Shown: piece after piece, positions 35,409-47,352 of the stretch
Numbering within the stretch: position 1 is the first letter of the stretch
Layout of the letters: every line of letters starts with the position of its first letter
Source: Callorhinchus milii
Lineage: Eukaryota
Direction: 5' to 3'
DNA length: 64,000 nt
NCBI RefSeq assembly: GCF_018977255.1
Contig: NW_024704743.1
Coordinates: forward strand, 90,398,001 to 90,462,000
Translations under genes and position numbers: made by a program
Notes under the pieces: generated by a model
Told to the model about the DNA's origin: nothing
What the model saw: only the letters and a program-made list of their open reading frames with translations
Databases searched by the model: none

Positions 35409-38400
35409 GCAAGTTTTACTGTGGTGCAGCGTGTTTGTAGGGCAGTTTATATTATGTTTATATTGTGTTTTATAGTATGTTTTTACTGTGGTGCAGCATG
35501 TTTATAGAGTTTATATTTAGTCTTTATAGTGCAGTATGTTTTAAAGACTTGTTTATCGTATATATTTATATTCTGTGTTTATAGCCAGTATATTTCTGGG
35601 ACTCTTTATATTGTGTGTTCAGATTCTGGGTTTATAGTGCAGGGGTGTAAATTCAACTGTTCCTCAAACCAGCTACTTCAGGTTGTCAGGAGTGGGGCTC
35701 CAGCCTAAACCATTGACTTAATCTCGATTTATAGAATTTCCACTGATCGGCTACCAAACTTGCAACATTAATGCTTGCTTTAAATCATAATATATCCTTG
35801 CATTTGATATAGTGCCTTATCAAGTTGAAATTCTCAAAGCACTTCAGAGTTTTTCTGTGAAGTGAATTTGTAGGCCAATTTACAAATCCTAAACAAAGTA
35901 TTATTCTGCACCTAGCTACAGTATTAGATAGGATTTGCAGCACAGATGTTTTCAACTTGCAAAATACAGCCAGTCTAATAGGGGGCGAGATCTGTTCCAT
36001 TGAGCTGGAATTTCCAGCTAAATGTAATTACAATGCAGGTACTGATATTTACCGGGTTTTATCAGTGTCTGCTTTTTTCAATGCCAAAAAAGGCATTGTA
36101 AATGTTTGAATCCCGCAAGCAGAAGATAGCAAATAAACCAAGGCCAGAAAGGTAGAAATTCCAGATATCTGATAATATGGGGTTCACTGTATTTAGCTAA
36201 ACGATTTGCAGATTATTCACCGGACATTCAAACTAGGATGAAGATACTGAATAATGTCGTTTTTCTTGTACTTTCATGTCGAACAGACTTCAAATGACTG
36301 GATTAATTTCAGGGTAAATTACCTTTAAAAATGCCATGCAAAACGGATCTTAATGGTTTATATAGGAAAAGTTGCCATTATTTTAAACTAAACCTAACCA
36401 GATGTTAATCAGATGTAAATACGTATGTAAATACTTTAGGTTTGATGTAGCACCTTATCAGGTTAGTTGAGAAGTCTCAATAATATCCCAAATGTGAAGC
36501 TTCTGGAACCCATAATGGAGCGAGAATCAATTATTCTTCATTATTTTCTCTTATTTAAATGTATTTCAGAACACATGCCAGTATAGTCGTGAGTTCAATA
36601 TGGATCACAGGCGTATATTATACCTGGTTTACAATGCTCAAAAATATTATTGGCCCAAGTTTGCAAATAGCAGTTAATATTTATTAGAAGACAAAGGATA
36701 GTTCCCAAAGTATTGCTTCATTTTTAGAAGCTGATTGATCCGCTAACCAGTATTTCTATTTTAATTTCAGATTTTCAGCATTTGAAGTTTTGAATCTCTG
36801 CCACTGGAGGGCGCAGTCTCGGCTACAGAAACTGCTTCCAAAGCTTCTCAGTATTTTAGAAATATTCCCATCGATCACTGTAACAAGGTTCCCTATTGTA
36901 AAAGTCTGCTCAATTTGACTCCTTTTCCATCTGAACACTGTAGTTTGTGGAATGGAAAAAGGAACAGAAATATAATTAAAATACCTAAACAATAAACAAA
37001 AATCAGTTAATGTGAGCAAAAACATTAAATGTGGTATTATGAAAACATTATACCGAAGGAAGTTATGTAAAAATGTAATTTAAAAGAGAATTCAAAAGTT
37101 CAGATAAGCTTCTTTGTTTAAAAGCNAAAAAAATACAGTATAATGTAAACCCCTTCGGATCTCACCTTCAGCTTGGATGCCAAGCCAGGACCGTTAAGTC
37201 CCTTGAAATGTCCTCCTGACATGAAAGGCGCTATATAAATGTACATTTGTATTCCCAGATTATGCTGGGGTGTTTGAAGTCTTGTATGAGTATACCTTTT
37301 TATCCCCAAACAAACTGTTAATCTTTATATATAATTTTGGTAGAGACCATTCCCACATTTTGAATTTCTTCCTTTGACAAATGATAGATCAAAATGTATA
37401 ACTTACACAACTGTAACATATTTTGTAATGTATAAATGTAATGGAAATTTCCTGGAAATTTCAAGAGAAACTCCAAAAGAATTAATGGCAATCCAAAACT
37501 CTCCTGGCCAATCCCACACTTCGGCTGTCTCACAAAAATAGCATTTACAGATTCCTCCTGTGAGTATTGAAACAACTCAGAAAACCACTTCCGCACAATG
37601 AACAATTGTACAGTACCCAGCATTAACTATTATAAGGCTTAAAGACCTACAATAATTGAACTTTATAACCGCAACATACAACTTGATAAATACATGAAAA
37701 TAAAACAAATATTCCCTTGCCCCAATCGAATTGATCCACCACATTCCTATATGTGCATGTGGACTGTTTAGCACTTTAAAACAACTGAGAAATGCACCTC
37801 CTGAAATATCCAGTGCACCCTCCACTGTGTGACAGAATGAAAGAAAGAGTGAGTGTGACAGAGAGGAGGGAGGGGCAATGGGAAAATGATGCCTAGCTGT
37901 GTTTCCTCTATAGGCATATAGAATGACATCGGCAGTGCTTCCTGGATATATATGCACCGTGCAGGAAGCATACCACGTTCCTGATCTGTAGTAAACCCAT
38001 GTTATAAGCAAACCTACACCAAACTGGAGCATGTTAATAACTGTCTCGCCCTGTAGATTAAATTCCTCTAGTCTAGAAAGATAGTTTACGTACAATACCT
38101 CTTTACTACACCTATTGACAAACTTTTTCACATAGCTCTCAAAGGCCACATTGGAGGTCATGTCTGGCCAATCTTTACTTATTGGATTGGATATTGTTAC
38201 GTTTCTTAACAGATTCAAAGGAATGTCGTACAATTGGTTAAATATTGCAATTTTCGCGGTCTTATAATAGTTCTTGAACTTCATAGAGTGCCTCATCATG
38301 TCATCAAGATGTCTCAAAGCGCTTAACAGGAAATACTGTAATTTTATGGTCAAAACACAGCAGCCAGTTTGCGCAGCAATGTTTCACAACTTCCATTTCA

Positions 38401-38674
38401 TAAAATATATTCTATCTGTTGATAGAAAAATAATAATAAATTGGTCCCTTCAATCCATGACTGTTTGTGGGACACTGCCGTGTGCATTGGCTGCCGTGTT
38501 TTGCCCACAAATATACAATCAATTCACTTTACAGTACATTCTGTGAAGCACTTTGAGACGTCTAGAAGACGTGAAAAGCACTCAATCAAAAAAAGGATAT
38601 ATGCTGTAAAATTGGATTGGTCAAATAATTTGAAATGATATTACTGTCATATACATGATATTTAAACTATCTTA

Positions 38675-39088
<414 letters not shown>

Positions 39089-39864
39089 TCAGAACAAATA
39101 TTTATTAATAAAATAATAATTTCTATATTATATACAAGAAAAATATAATAATCCTTTCATTTGGGATAACACTTCACATCAGGAGGACACCTCAAAGAGC
39201 TTCACATGATATATGTAAAATGGAGTGACCGTGTGTTTCCTATAATCTGAAATCAACTCAAACTGCATTTATGTATATATATATATATATAGTTATCAAA
39301 TATAGTGACTATATTTATAGGGAGGAAGAGTAGCTAATTTTGTACAAATCGAAAAGTGCCACAAACAGCAGTGAAGTGAATGACTGAAGTGTTGCCAAGG
39401 ACAATGGGAGAAATTAACTTCTCTTTTTCAATAGTGTCATGGGACTTTTAATATTGCCCGAGCAGCTAGGTAGGACTTCAGTTTAATATCTCATACAAAA
39501 GTCAGCATCTCAAACAACGCATTGCTCCTCAGTATTACACTGGAATATCAGCCTAGACTGTGAGTTTGAACCTTACAACTTCTGACTTAGAGGCACGAGC
39601 GCTATCCGCATTTCCAAGCTAACAAGCAGAAGAAGAAAGAAACCTTACCTCAATAAAATGCTTCGAGGAACCCCTCCCCTATATCCTGGGTAACAGATGG
39701 AAACTAATCAGCCAAAGGTTTGGGATTCAAGCACTTGTTGAGTTCTACAATTTATTATTGTTGCCAATGTTTAATTCATTTGTCATTAAAGTTTTACATA
39801 CTGCACAGTAAATTAGATGACTAATCTTGAAACGATTAAACATTTCTCCTTATCCCCCTCTTCT

Positions 39865-40235
39865 TGCTCAGTAGATAGAGCACTCGCTTTGCAAGTGAGA
39901 GACCCGAGTTCAATTCCAGACAGGGCGAAACCTTGGGCAAGTTTCTTTACTCCACACGCCTAATAATAATCCCTCCAAAACCAAAAACAATAATAAATTG
40001 GTCATTTTCAATCTACGACTGTTTGTGGGACATTGCTGTGCTCAATTGGCTGCCGCGTTCGCCCACAAATATACAGTCCATTCACTTTACAGTGTGTTCT
40101 GTGAAGCGCTTTGGGACGTCCTCCCGACGTGAAAAGCGCTATACCAAATGCAAGATTATTATTATTCTGTGAAGCGCTTTGGGACGTCCTCCTGACGTGA
40201 AAAGCGCTATATCAAATGCAAGGATTATTATTATT
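39865..40235 (+). mobile_element. tRNA-headed SINE, short young form with tandemly duplicated tail
   Basis: Head, body and two consecutive stem-loop/(ATT)n tails. Confidence 0.9.
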
Positions 40236-40865
40236 CCTCCCCACTCTTCCTCCAATCAACTTCAGCATATTTGGGCCTGAAAAAATCTCTACTACATTCT
40301 TGCTCTCAAGCATGGAGACTGGCAATTTGAGCTAAAAATAAAACATTGAATGAATGCTGGGATCTGTGAGGCAGCTGGTTCACTGGGTGGCTCAATTACT
40401 GCAGCAATTTTTTGTGAGAAACCATTTGAACATGGAGTCTACTCCTAGAAATGTCCCAATAGAAAGTTACCAATGTCCCCCACGTTCATTTTCAACGAGG
40501 ATATCTCCAGAGCAAAATATGTCACAATGTGATAATTATCAAAGGTGTCAGCTTGGCTCAGTCAGTAGAAATTTTTTGATTATGGGTCAGAAGGTTATAG
40601 ATTCAATTTCCACTTCGGGATTCTAAGCTTACAACCGAGGCCAGGGAACAGCATTGTCAGAGGTGCTTTCCTTAGATATTTTTGTGCACAAAATATACAG
40701 TTAATTCACTTAGGGTTAGGGTTATATAACAATATATTATCCACAATATATTCTGGGAAGTGCTTTGACATGTCTCGAAGACGTGATAAGGCGCTATATC
40801 AAATGCAAGGATCATTATTATATGACATTAAACTGAGGTATGATCTGGCACGAAACTAGACATGT

Positions 40866-41183
40866 AATAATAATAATAATCCTTGCATTTGATATAGGCT
40901 TTTTTATGGCTTTGAGATATCTCAAAGCGCTTCACAGAATATATTGTAAAGTGAATTGACTAAATATTTTGTGGGCAAAACACGGCAGCCAATTGTGCAC
41001 AGCAGTGGCCTATAAACAACTGTGGATTGAAGGACCCAATTTTTTTTAAAGTAATTATTACCCCTGAAAAAACAATCCGCCAATCGACTAACAACCGGGT
41101 TCCTACTTACTGCTAGGTAAAAAAATGTGTATGGAGAATGAAACTTGCCCAACATTTTGCCCTGCCAGGAATCAAATCCAGGT
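40866..41183 (-). mobile_element. SINE, long form, tail-to-tail with a SINE fragment at ~40680-40820
   Basis: Family body and tail in reverse orientation. Confidence 0.87.
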
Positions 41184-42502
41184 ATTATTATAATACATAA
41201 TACTAATGTATTATTAGAAGCTGGCTAACCTGAGGCTTTTCCATCTGGAACAGACAATTATGAGGCTAAATGGCTTTCTACTGTGCTGTCAATTTTCACT
41301 ATAGAAAGAGGAGATTGAGAGGCCAATAGGAGGTCAAGGATATGAGGAATTTAAGATTCTGAAGAGAGGGAGCAACCAAGTGAATCGAGAAAACGTATGT
41401 TTAGTTAGAGATTCAGTGACAAGGGTGTATAATCTAAGGAGCAGAAGAATCAAGGAGAGGAGCAGTTAAAAGGAATCTCTTCAGCTGTGTGTTGTTTGGG
41501 TGCTGAATTTATTACCACAAGTGGTTATTGAGGCTGGATCAATAGAATAATTCAAAAGGAAACAGTATACACACCTGGAGAAGTAGACATTAAGGGAAAT
41601 AGTAAAAGAGCTGGTTTAATAATTAAAAAAGAGTGTTTTTAAAGAAAACATAGGTAGCAGTGATTAAGATAGGACAGACTGTCTTGTGCTAATACATTTT
41701 GTTGCTATGCAATGTTGTCAACAATGGCTGCTTGTTCATCTGGTCTTTGAAAATCTTATAGTATTATTTTAAGGGACATTTACCTGATCTGCTGCCCAGT
41801 AGGTCTGCCTTCTGCAAATCCGGTAAACAACAGATTAATTGATTTTACAGCTCATTGCTGGTTGTGAAAGGTTGATGATTTACTGCCACATTTGCCTGAG
41901 TAACAACAGTCTATGTACACTTCAACATACTAACTCATTGTGTTGAGTGTTTTACAGCATAAGGTGCTAAATGTAACTAATGCAAGTGTTATTTAATATT
42001 ATGTCGATTGAGAGTTGCAAATAAGATTTGGAATAAACAGGCTGGATTGCTAAACTTGCTTAACCTCGAGAGTTTTGCTGAAAAGATGCGGTCATCGTTG
42101 CAACTAACCAACATCCAGTCTGCAAAGCTTAAGTGATTTTTTTCCCCCCAACAAACTTTTAAGGTTCTGTGCTGCCAGTTGTTTTGCCAACACTTCGTTA
42201 CTGTTAAATCCTCCCAGTGGAAGGAAATCCTTTACATTGTGAAGCTCCAATTGAACTGAAGGGAAGCGTGTTGATGGTTGTTTGGTTGGTTATCTCTGGC
42301 TTGTAAATAATATACAATACACAGGGCAGGATTGATTCTCAATTGAGGAACATGTTCCACTAGAACTTTGTTGTGAGGAGCAGATGGCGTTTGCTTCTCA
42401 GAAGAATCAATGAGTGCCAGCAGTTTGGGAAGCTATGACAAGGAACCCTTCCTGTACACAAAGGCATTTTTGGCAAAAAGAAAAAGAAATAAAACGAGTT
42501 AC

Positions 42503-42622
42503 CTTTTCCAAGAAGTCCTCCTCTCGCTGACGAGCGTTCCTTCTCTTCCCTGGTTCAGCAGCTGGTGAAGGTGAAGGCAGGACAAGGCAGGTGAGGAGCA
42601 CCAGGACAGCCACACAGCCCAT
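42503..42622 (-). CDS. CTHRC1: CTHRC1 (collagen triple helix repeat containing 1) coding exon 1, signal peptide
   Basis: AAC-ATG-G; MGCVAVLVLLTCLVLPSPSPAAEPGKRRNARQREEDFLEK: hydrophobic signal peptide and RQRE motif; GTAAC donor, phase 0 matching exon 2. Confidence 0.88.
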
Positions 42623-43530
42623 GTTACCAGAGCAATGGAAGGCGAGGGGAGCAAAGCCGAGTCTGAGCGCCAGGCGGGCTACAAAGGAATCACAGTCTGC
42701 TTCAGATCACCAACATCAAACACAAATCTGCGGGGATCTCTGGAATTTCAAATGCAAACACTGACTCATTTCTGAAATGTACAGCTGCACTTCACATCAA
42801 ATAAAGGCAGTGAGAGTTTGAGAGTTTCAGAACTCCAGATTTGCAGGGAGCTCACACACACACACATACACACAGAGGGGGAGGGAGACAGCATACAATT
42901 CAGGATGCAATGCAAATAGAGGCAAGCCATAAAACATAGTTGTGGTCAGGAAAAGGGTCTGCTCAGAATACACTGTGGTCTCTCAGTCATACCCGCTGCC
43001 TGTTTGTGAACAAAGATTGGTCTGTGCTCCTTCACCGAATGAATGAATGAATGAAGCATTTTTAAGTTGTGATAAACGTGGCTTGTCAACAGTTTTGGAC
43101 AGAAAACGAGCCACAAATGATAGAATACCTAGTAGTCTAGCTTCAAGAATAGGGTTATCACAACATTTTTAAAAAATATATATAAGTACAGTGTTGCCTG
43201 GACACATAGGCAATTGTCTTCTTGCATAGTTGGTGGATAGTCACTGATAATCTGTGACCAACCCACACACACTGCTGAAAAGTGCTTGTTCTATTGCCCC
43301 ACTGTAATGAGTGTCTGTGCCACTTGCTTGGATTTACTAGTGACTGTCATCTTTGGGGGGAGGGGGGGATGGGAGAGGAGGTAAGTGAGGTCTCCTTGGA
43401 CAAAATGGGCCCCAAAGTGACATGCTCAGCAACCGAATATCAGAATCGAGCCAGTCCTCTGTGGTGGTCTCACTAGTCCAGTTCCTGAGCCAGGTGGGTC
43501 CACACTATTCCAGGGTACTGCTGATGGCAG

Positions 43531-44103
43531 TGGAGTCCTGTAGCTCAGTGGTTAGAGCACTCGCTTTGCAAGCGAGAGACCGGAGATCAATTCCAGGCAG
43601 AGGGCGAAACCTTGGGCAAGTTTCCTTACTCCACACGCCTAATAATAATCCCTCCAAAACCAAAAAAACAATAATAAATTGGTCATTTGCAATCTACGAC
43701 TGTTTAATAATAATCCTTGCATTTGATATAGCGCTTTTCACGTCGAGAGGACGTCCCAAAGCGCTTCACAGAACACACTGTAAAGTGAATTGACTGTATA
43801 TTTGTGGGCGAACGCGGCAGCCAATTGCGCACAGCAATGTCCCACAAACAGTCGTAGATTGAAAAAGACCAATTTTTTGGTTTTGGAGGGATTGATTGTT
43901 TGTGGGATATTGCTTTTTGTGGGATTATTGTTTTTGGTTTTGGAGGGATTGATTGTTTGTGGGATATTGCTGTGCGCAATTGGCTGCCGCATTCGCCCAC
44001 AAATATACAGTCAATTCACTTTACCGTGTGTTCTGTGAAGCGCTTTGGGACGTCCTCCTGACGTGAAAAGCGCTATATCAAATGCAAGGATTATTATTAT
44101 TAT
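43531..44103 (+). mobile_element. SINE with an antisense copy of the same family nested inside (43706-43893)
   Basis: Host head to GACTGTTT, inverted 3' half, then host resumes at GATTGTTTGTGGG. Confidence 0.9.
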
Positions 44104-44899
44104 GGCTGTACAGCCAGCCTGGCTCATTGACTGTGCTGGAAAGAGAAGTGCCTTTCTCATGGTGTCCCAGCCAACAATCCTTCAGATATAAAATGGCTCA
44201 TAGCTGTTTGTGGAACATTGCTGAGCACAAATTGGTTGCCACATTTTTAATAATCTTTGCATTTGTTATCCTACTTTTCATGTTGGGAGAATTTTTCAAA
44301 GCGCTTCACAGTTTTTACAGTAGAGATTTCAAACCAAATTGTTCTTTACTCGTACATTAACTTATATTGATACAGTGCCAAATTAATAGATATCAAAATT
44401 TGTGTTTAAAATTGACCAAATCCCAATATTAATGCACTGTATTCCTGTCAGTAACAGGAATGAATAAGACAGAGCAAGGAGTGCTGACATCCTAAGTTTA
44501 AATCATATTGTGCAGTTCAGGGATCTGTGGTTACAGTTAATTGCAAATGTTCTAAGTGAATCACAACTCATCTAAAACATCAGCATTTCCATCAATTGAC
44601 AAAAGGAAAATCATGGATGGACTGGTATTTTTTAGGATAATTGTCTTGGCTACATTTTTTAAATCCAAAATAAACTTAAATGTCTAATACCATACTTTTA
44701 AGCTTACTGCATCAGTGGTTTTTTTTCCCTGTAATTACAGAAAACAACCTCATAATTAAATCATAGGACATACAAAACTGGAAGGAACCAACAGTTTCTA
44801 ACTTCAACAATCCTACAGAGCATCTTCTTCCAGCCTCTTTCCAAGCAGCTTATTTTGCTTTTCTGCTTAGTCTCTTCTTGCTCCTCTTCAAACACACCT

Positions 44900-45133
44900 A
44901 TGGCCTAATAATAATCCCTCCAAATAATAATCCCTCCAAAACTAAAAACAATAATTAAATTGGTCATTTTCAATCTACGACTGTTTGTGGGACATTGCTG
45001 TGCGCAATTGGCTGCCGCGTTCGCCCACAAATATACAGTCAATTCACTTTACAGTGTGTTCTGTGAAGCGCTTTGGGACGTCCTCCCGACGTGAAAAGCG
45101 CTATATCAAATGCAAGGATTATTATTATTATTA
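44900..45133 (+). mobile_element. SINE, short young form, head missing
   Basis: Almost identical to the body and tail of the 39865 copy. Confidence 0.88.
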
Positions 45134-46251
45134 TGGCCGCCTCCCACCTCTCCCTTGACCGATCGATATCAATCCCATCCCTGTAAGGCTTCCAAGACAC
45201 CACCCTATCTGAAAGGCGCTATGTAAATACAAGCTGTTGTTGATGGCCCTCCCAAAGAATCATTCATCATATAGATTCCCATAGATGCCCAGCATTAAAA
45301 CACATGGCACAATGTGAGATTGGGTGCCAATATTTTCTAATTCCTGATTTTGATGGTAAAGCAAGTTAAATAAAATCCTTACTTTATATAATGGAGTTGG
45401 GAAGAAATATTTTTTTTTAAAAAAAAGTAAATATCACTTACAATTAAATAAAACTATTGCTTTGCATCAGTTGAAATCTGAGAAAGGTTTTCGCTGAAAT
45501 AGCCATATATTGTGTAAGTAGAGACAAACAATGTTTATCTAAGGGATGAATCAAGCTCAATAATGACTACAAGCTGTTGATAGCCGTAAGGCTGAGAATG
45601 GTCAACACAAAGCTCTTTACCAGCTGGTGACTGAATGAAAGTGGGTGGATTTGGAAGCGTTTCCTTTTCCATAACTTAAATTTATCCCATAACACTGTGT
45701 TGTATATATGCTAACACTTCTGTTTTTATTATATAACAGACAATAAGTACACGGAAAGAAAGGAGAAAAATAATTACAGAAGGAACTGAAAATAGTTACA
45801 AAACATTGCACTAAATAACAACACTAAAAAGTTGTTCTAATTGGAACAGGAGTAGGCCATTCAGCCCTTCGAGGCTGTTCCGCAATTTAATTAAATCATG
45901 ACTGATCTGTTCCTCAACTAATCCTTTCAATTCCAATTTCCTGCTTTCTCCCCATATCTCTTAATACCCTAACCTACCAAAAAATCTCAACAAAAGACAT
46001 ATGAGCTTGTGTTTTTATGTATTTCTGTAATTAAAAAATATTTCAATGGCTTTAGGTACCTATAATTTTTATCTCCCTAGTTATTAATTTACAGCTTGGA
46101 AATCTTATCATCAAAATAAGAGTTTATAAGAGAATCTAACATGAAGTTAACATGTTTAATTTGTACAAATGGATTTGGACATAGATATCTTACTTTCTGT
46201 CTCTCCAAATCTAAGTGGGAGCAAAAACCAAGAGGGAAGTTGTAGATAACA

Positions 46252-46492
46252 TAATAATCCTTGCATTTTATATAGTGCCTTATCATGTTATGATATACAA
46301 TACAAATTACATTTGTATAGTGCCTTTCGTGTCAGGAGGACATCCTAAGGTGCTGGACAAACATCTCAAAGTGCTTCACAGACTACACTGTAAAGTGAAT
46401 TGACTATATAATTTGTGGGTGAAATGCAGCAACCAATTGGGCACAGCAGTGTCCCACAAACAGTCATGGATTTAGTGACCAAATTATTATTA
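46252..46492 (-). mobile_element. SINE 3' part with an L2-tail insertion
   Basis: Family tail interrupted at ~46295-46360 by an L2 stem-loop tail. Confidence 0.78.
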
Positions 46493-47034
46493 TTTTAATT
46501 AATTACATTTGTGCGACTCCCTGACGATTAAGCAGGGGAAACCCTCTTGGACTCAAGCGAGAGACTTACAATAAATGAAGAGCCACTGTAACATTTCAAT
46601 TACAATTTAATTGTAGGGTAATTAAATATTTAGCACATTGTGCTATCTAGTGGTCAGCTGCAACATTGCTTCCACTTTCTTTTATTATGCAGCTACGTTT
46701 TAAACATTAATATTACTCTCCAAATATGTATGTATATACACATTTATATATACACACAGTAGATATATATGTCACATATTAAGCAATTTTCAATAACAAC
46801 AAAGTGCATATATATATAATTATATTCTTTTCAATTCCAATTTCAGAATATATACTGCAAATTTGGATTTCTTACCGTCACCTCCCGCCTCCTTGGCTGG
46901 GTGTCAGACCACGCCACTATCAAGCACTCCGGGACGCTACCCTGCATGAAGGGCACTGTATAAATGCAAGTTGTTTTATATAGCACCTTTCACATCAGGA
47001 GGATGTCCCAAGGCACTGGAAAGTTGAGCTACAG

Positions 47035-47352
47035 TCCTGAGTTCGATTCCCGGCAGTGAAATATTGGGCAAGTTTCCTTACTCCACACACCTCTGCTTAC
47101 CTAGCAGTAAGTAAGAACCCGGTTGTTTGTCGACTGGCGGATTGTTTTTCCAGGGGTAATAATTCCTTCAAAAAAATAATTTGGTCAACTCAATCCACGA
47201 CTGTTTGTGGGACACTGCTGTGCGCAATTGGCTGCCGCGTTTTTCGCCCATGAAATATAGTCAATTCACTTTACAGTATATTCTGTGAAGCTCTTTGAGA
47301 CGTCTCGAAGACATGATAAGGTGCTATGTCAAATGTAAGGATTATTATTATT
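47035..47352 (+). mobile_element. SINE, long form
   Basis: GTTCGATTCC B box, body and (ATT)n tail. Confidence 0.88.

Noticed and set aside
36040..36191. Tc1/mariner-type terminus GGGGTTCACTG-TA (and a hAT-like end near 10330-10346)
   Set aside because: Only one end is visible in each case; no matching inverted repeat or TSD found
37126..37126. Single N base
   Set aside because: Assembly ambiguity, not biology; only relevant as a sign of residual consensus errors
37577..38353. 258-aa minus-strand ORF in CTHRC1 intron 2
   Set aside because: Begins in a SINE tail and has no recognisable motifs; CTHRC1 is complete without it
42762..43055. AP-1 site TGACTCA, (CA)n and (TGAA)n near the CTHRC1 start
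   Set aside because: Short motifs and microsatellites occur often by chance; the TSS cannot be located from sequence alone
43531..43605. tRNA gene (also heads at 12329, 17085, 21606, 39865, 53440)
   Set aside because: The anticodon region varies among copies, stems are broken and each head runs into a SINE body
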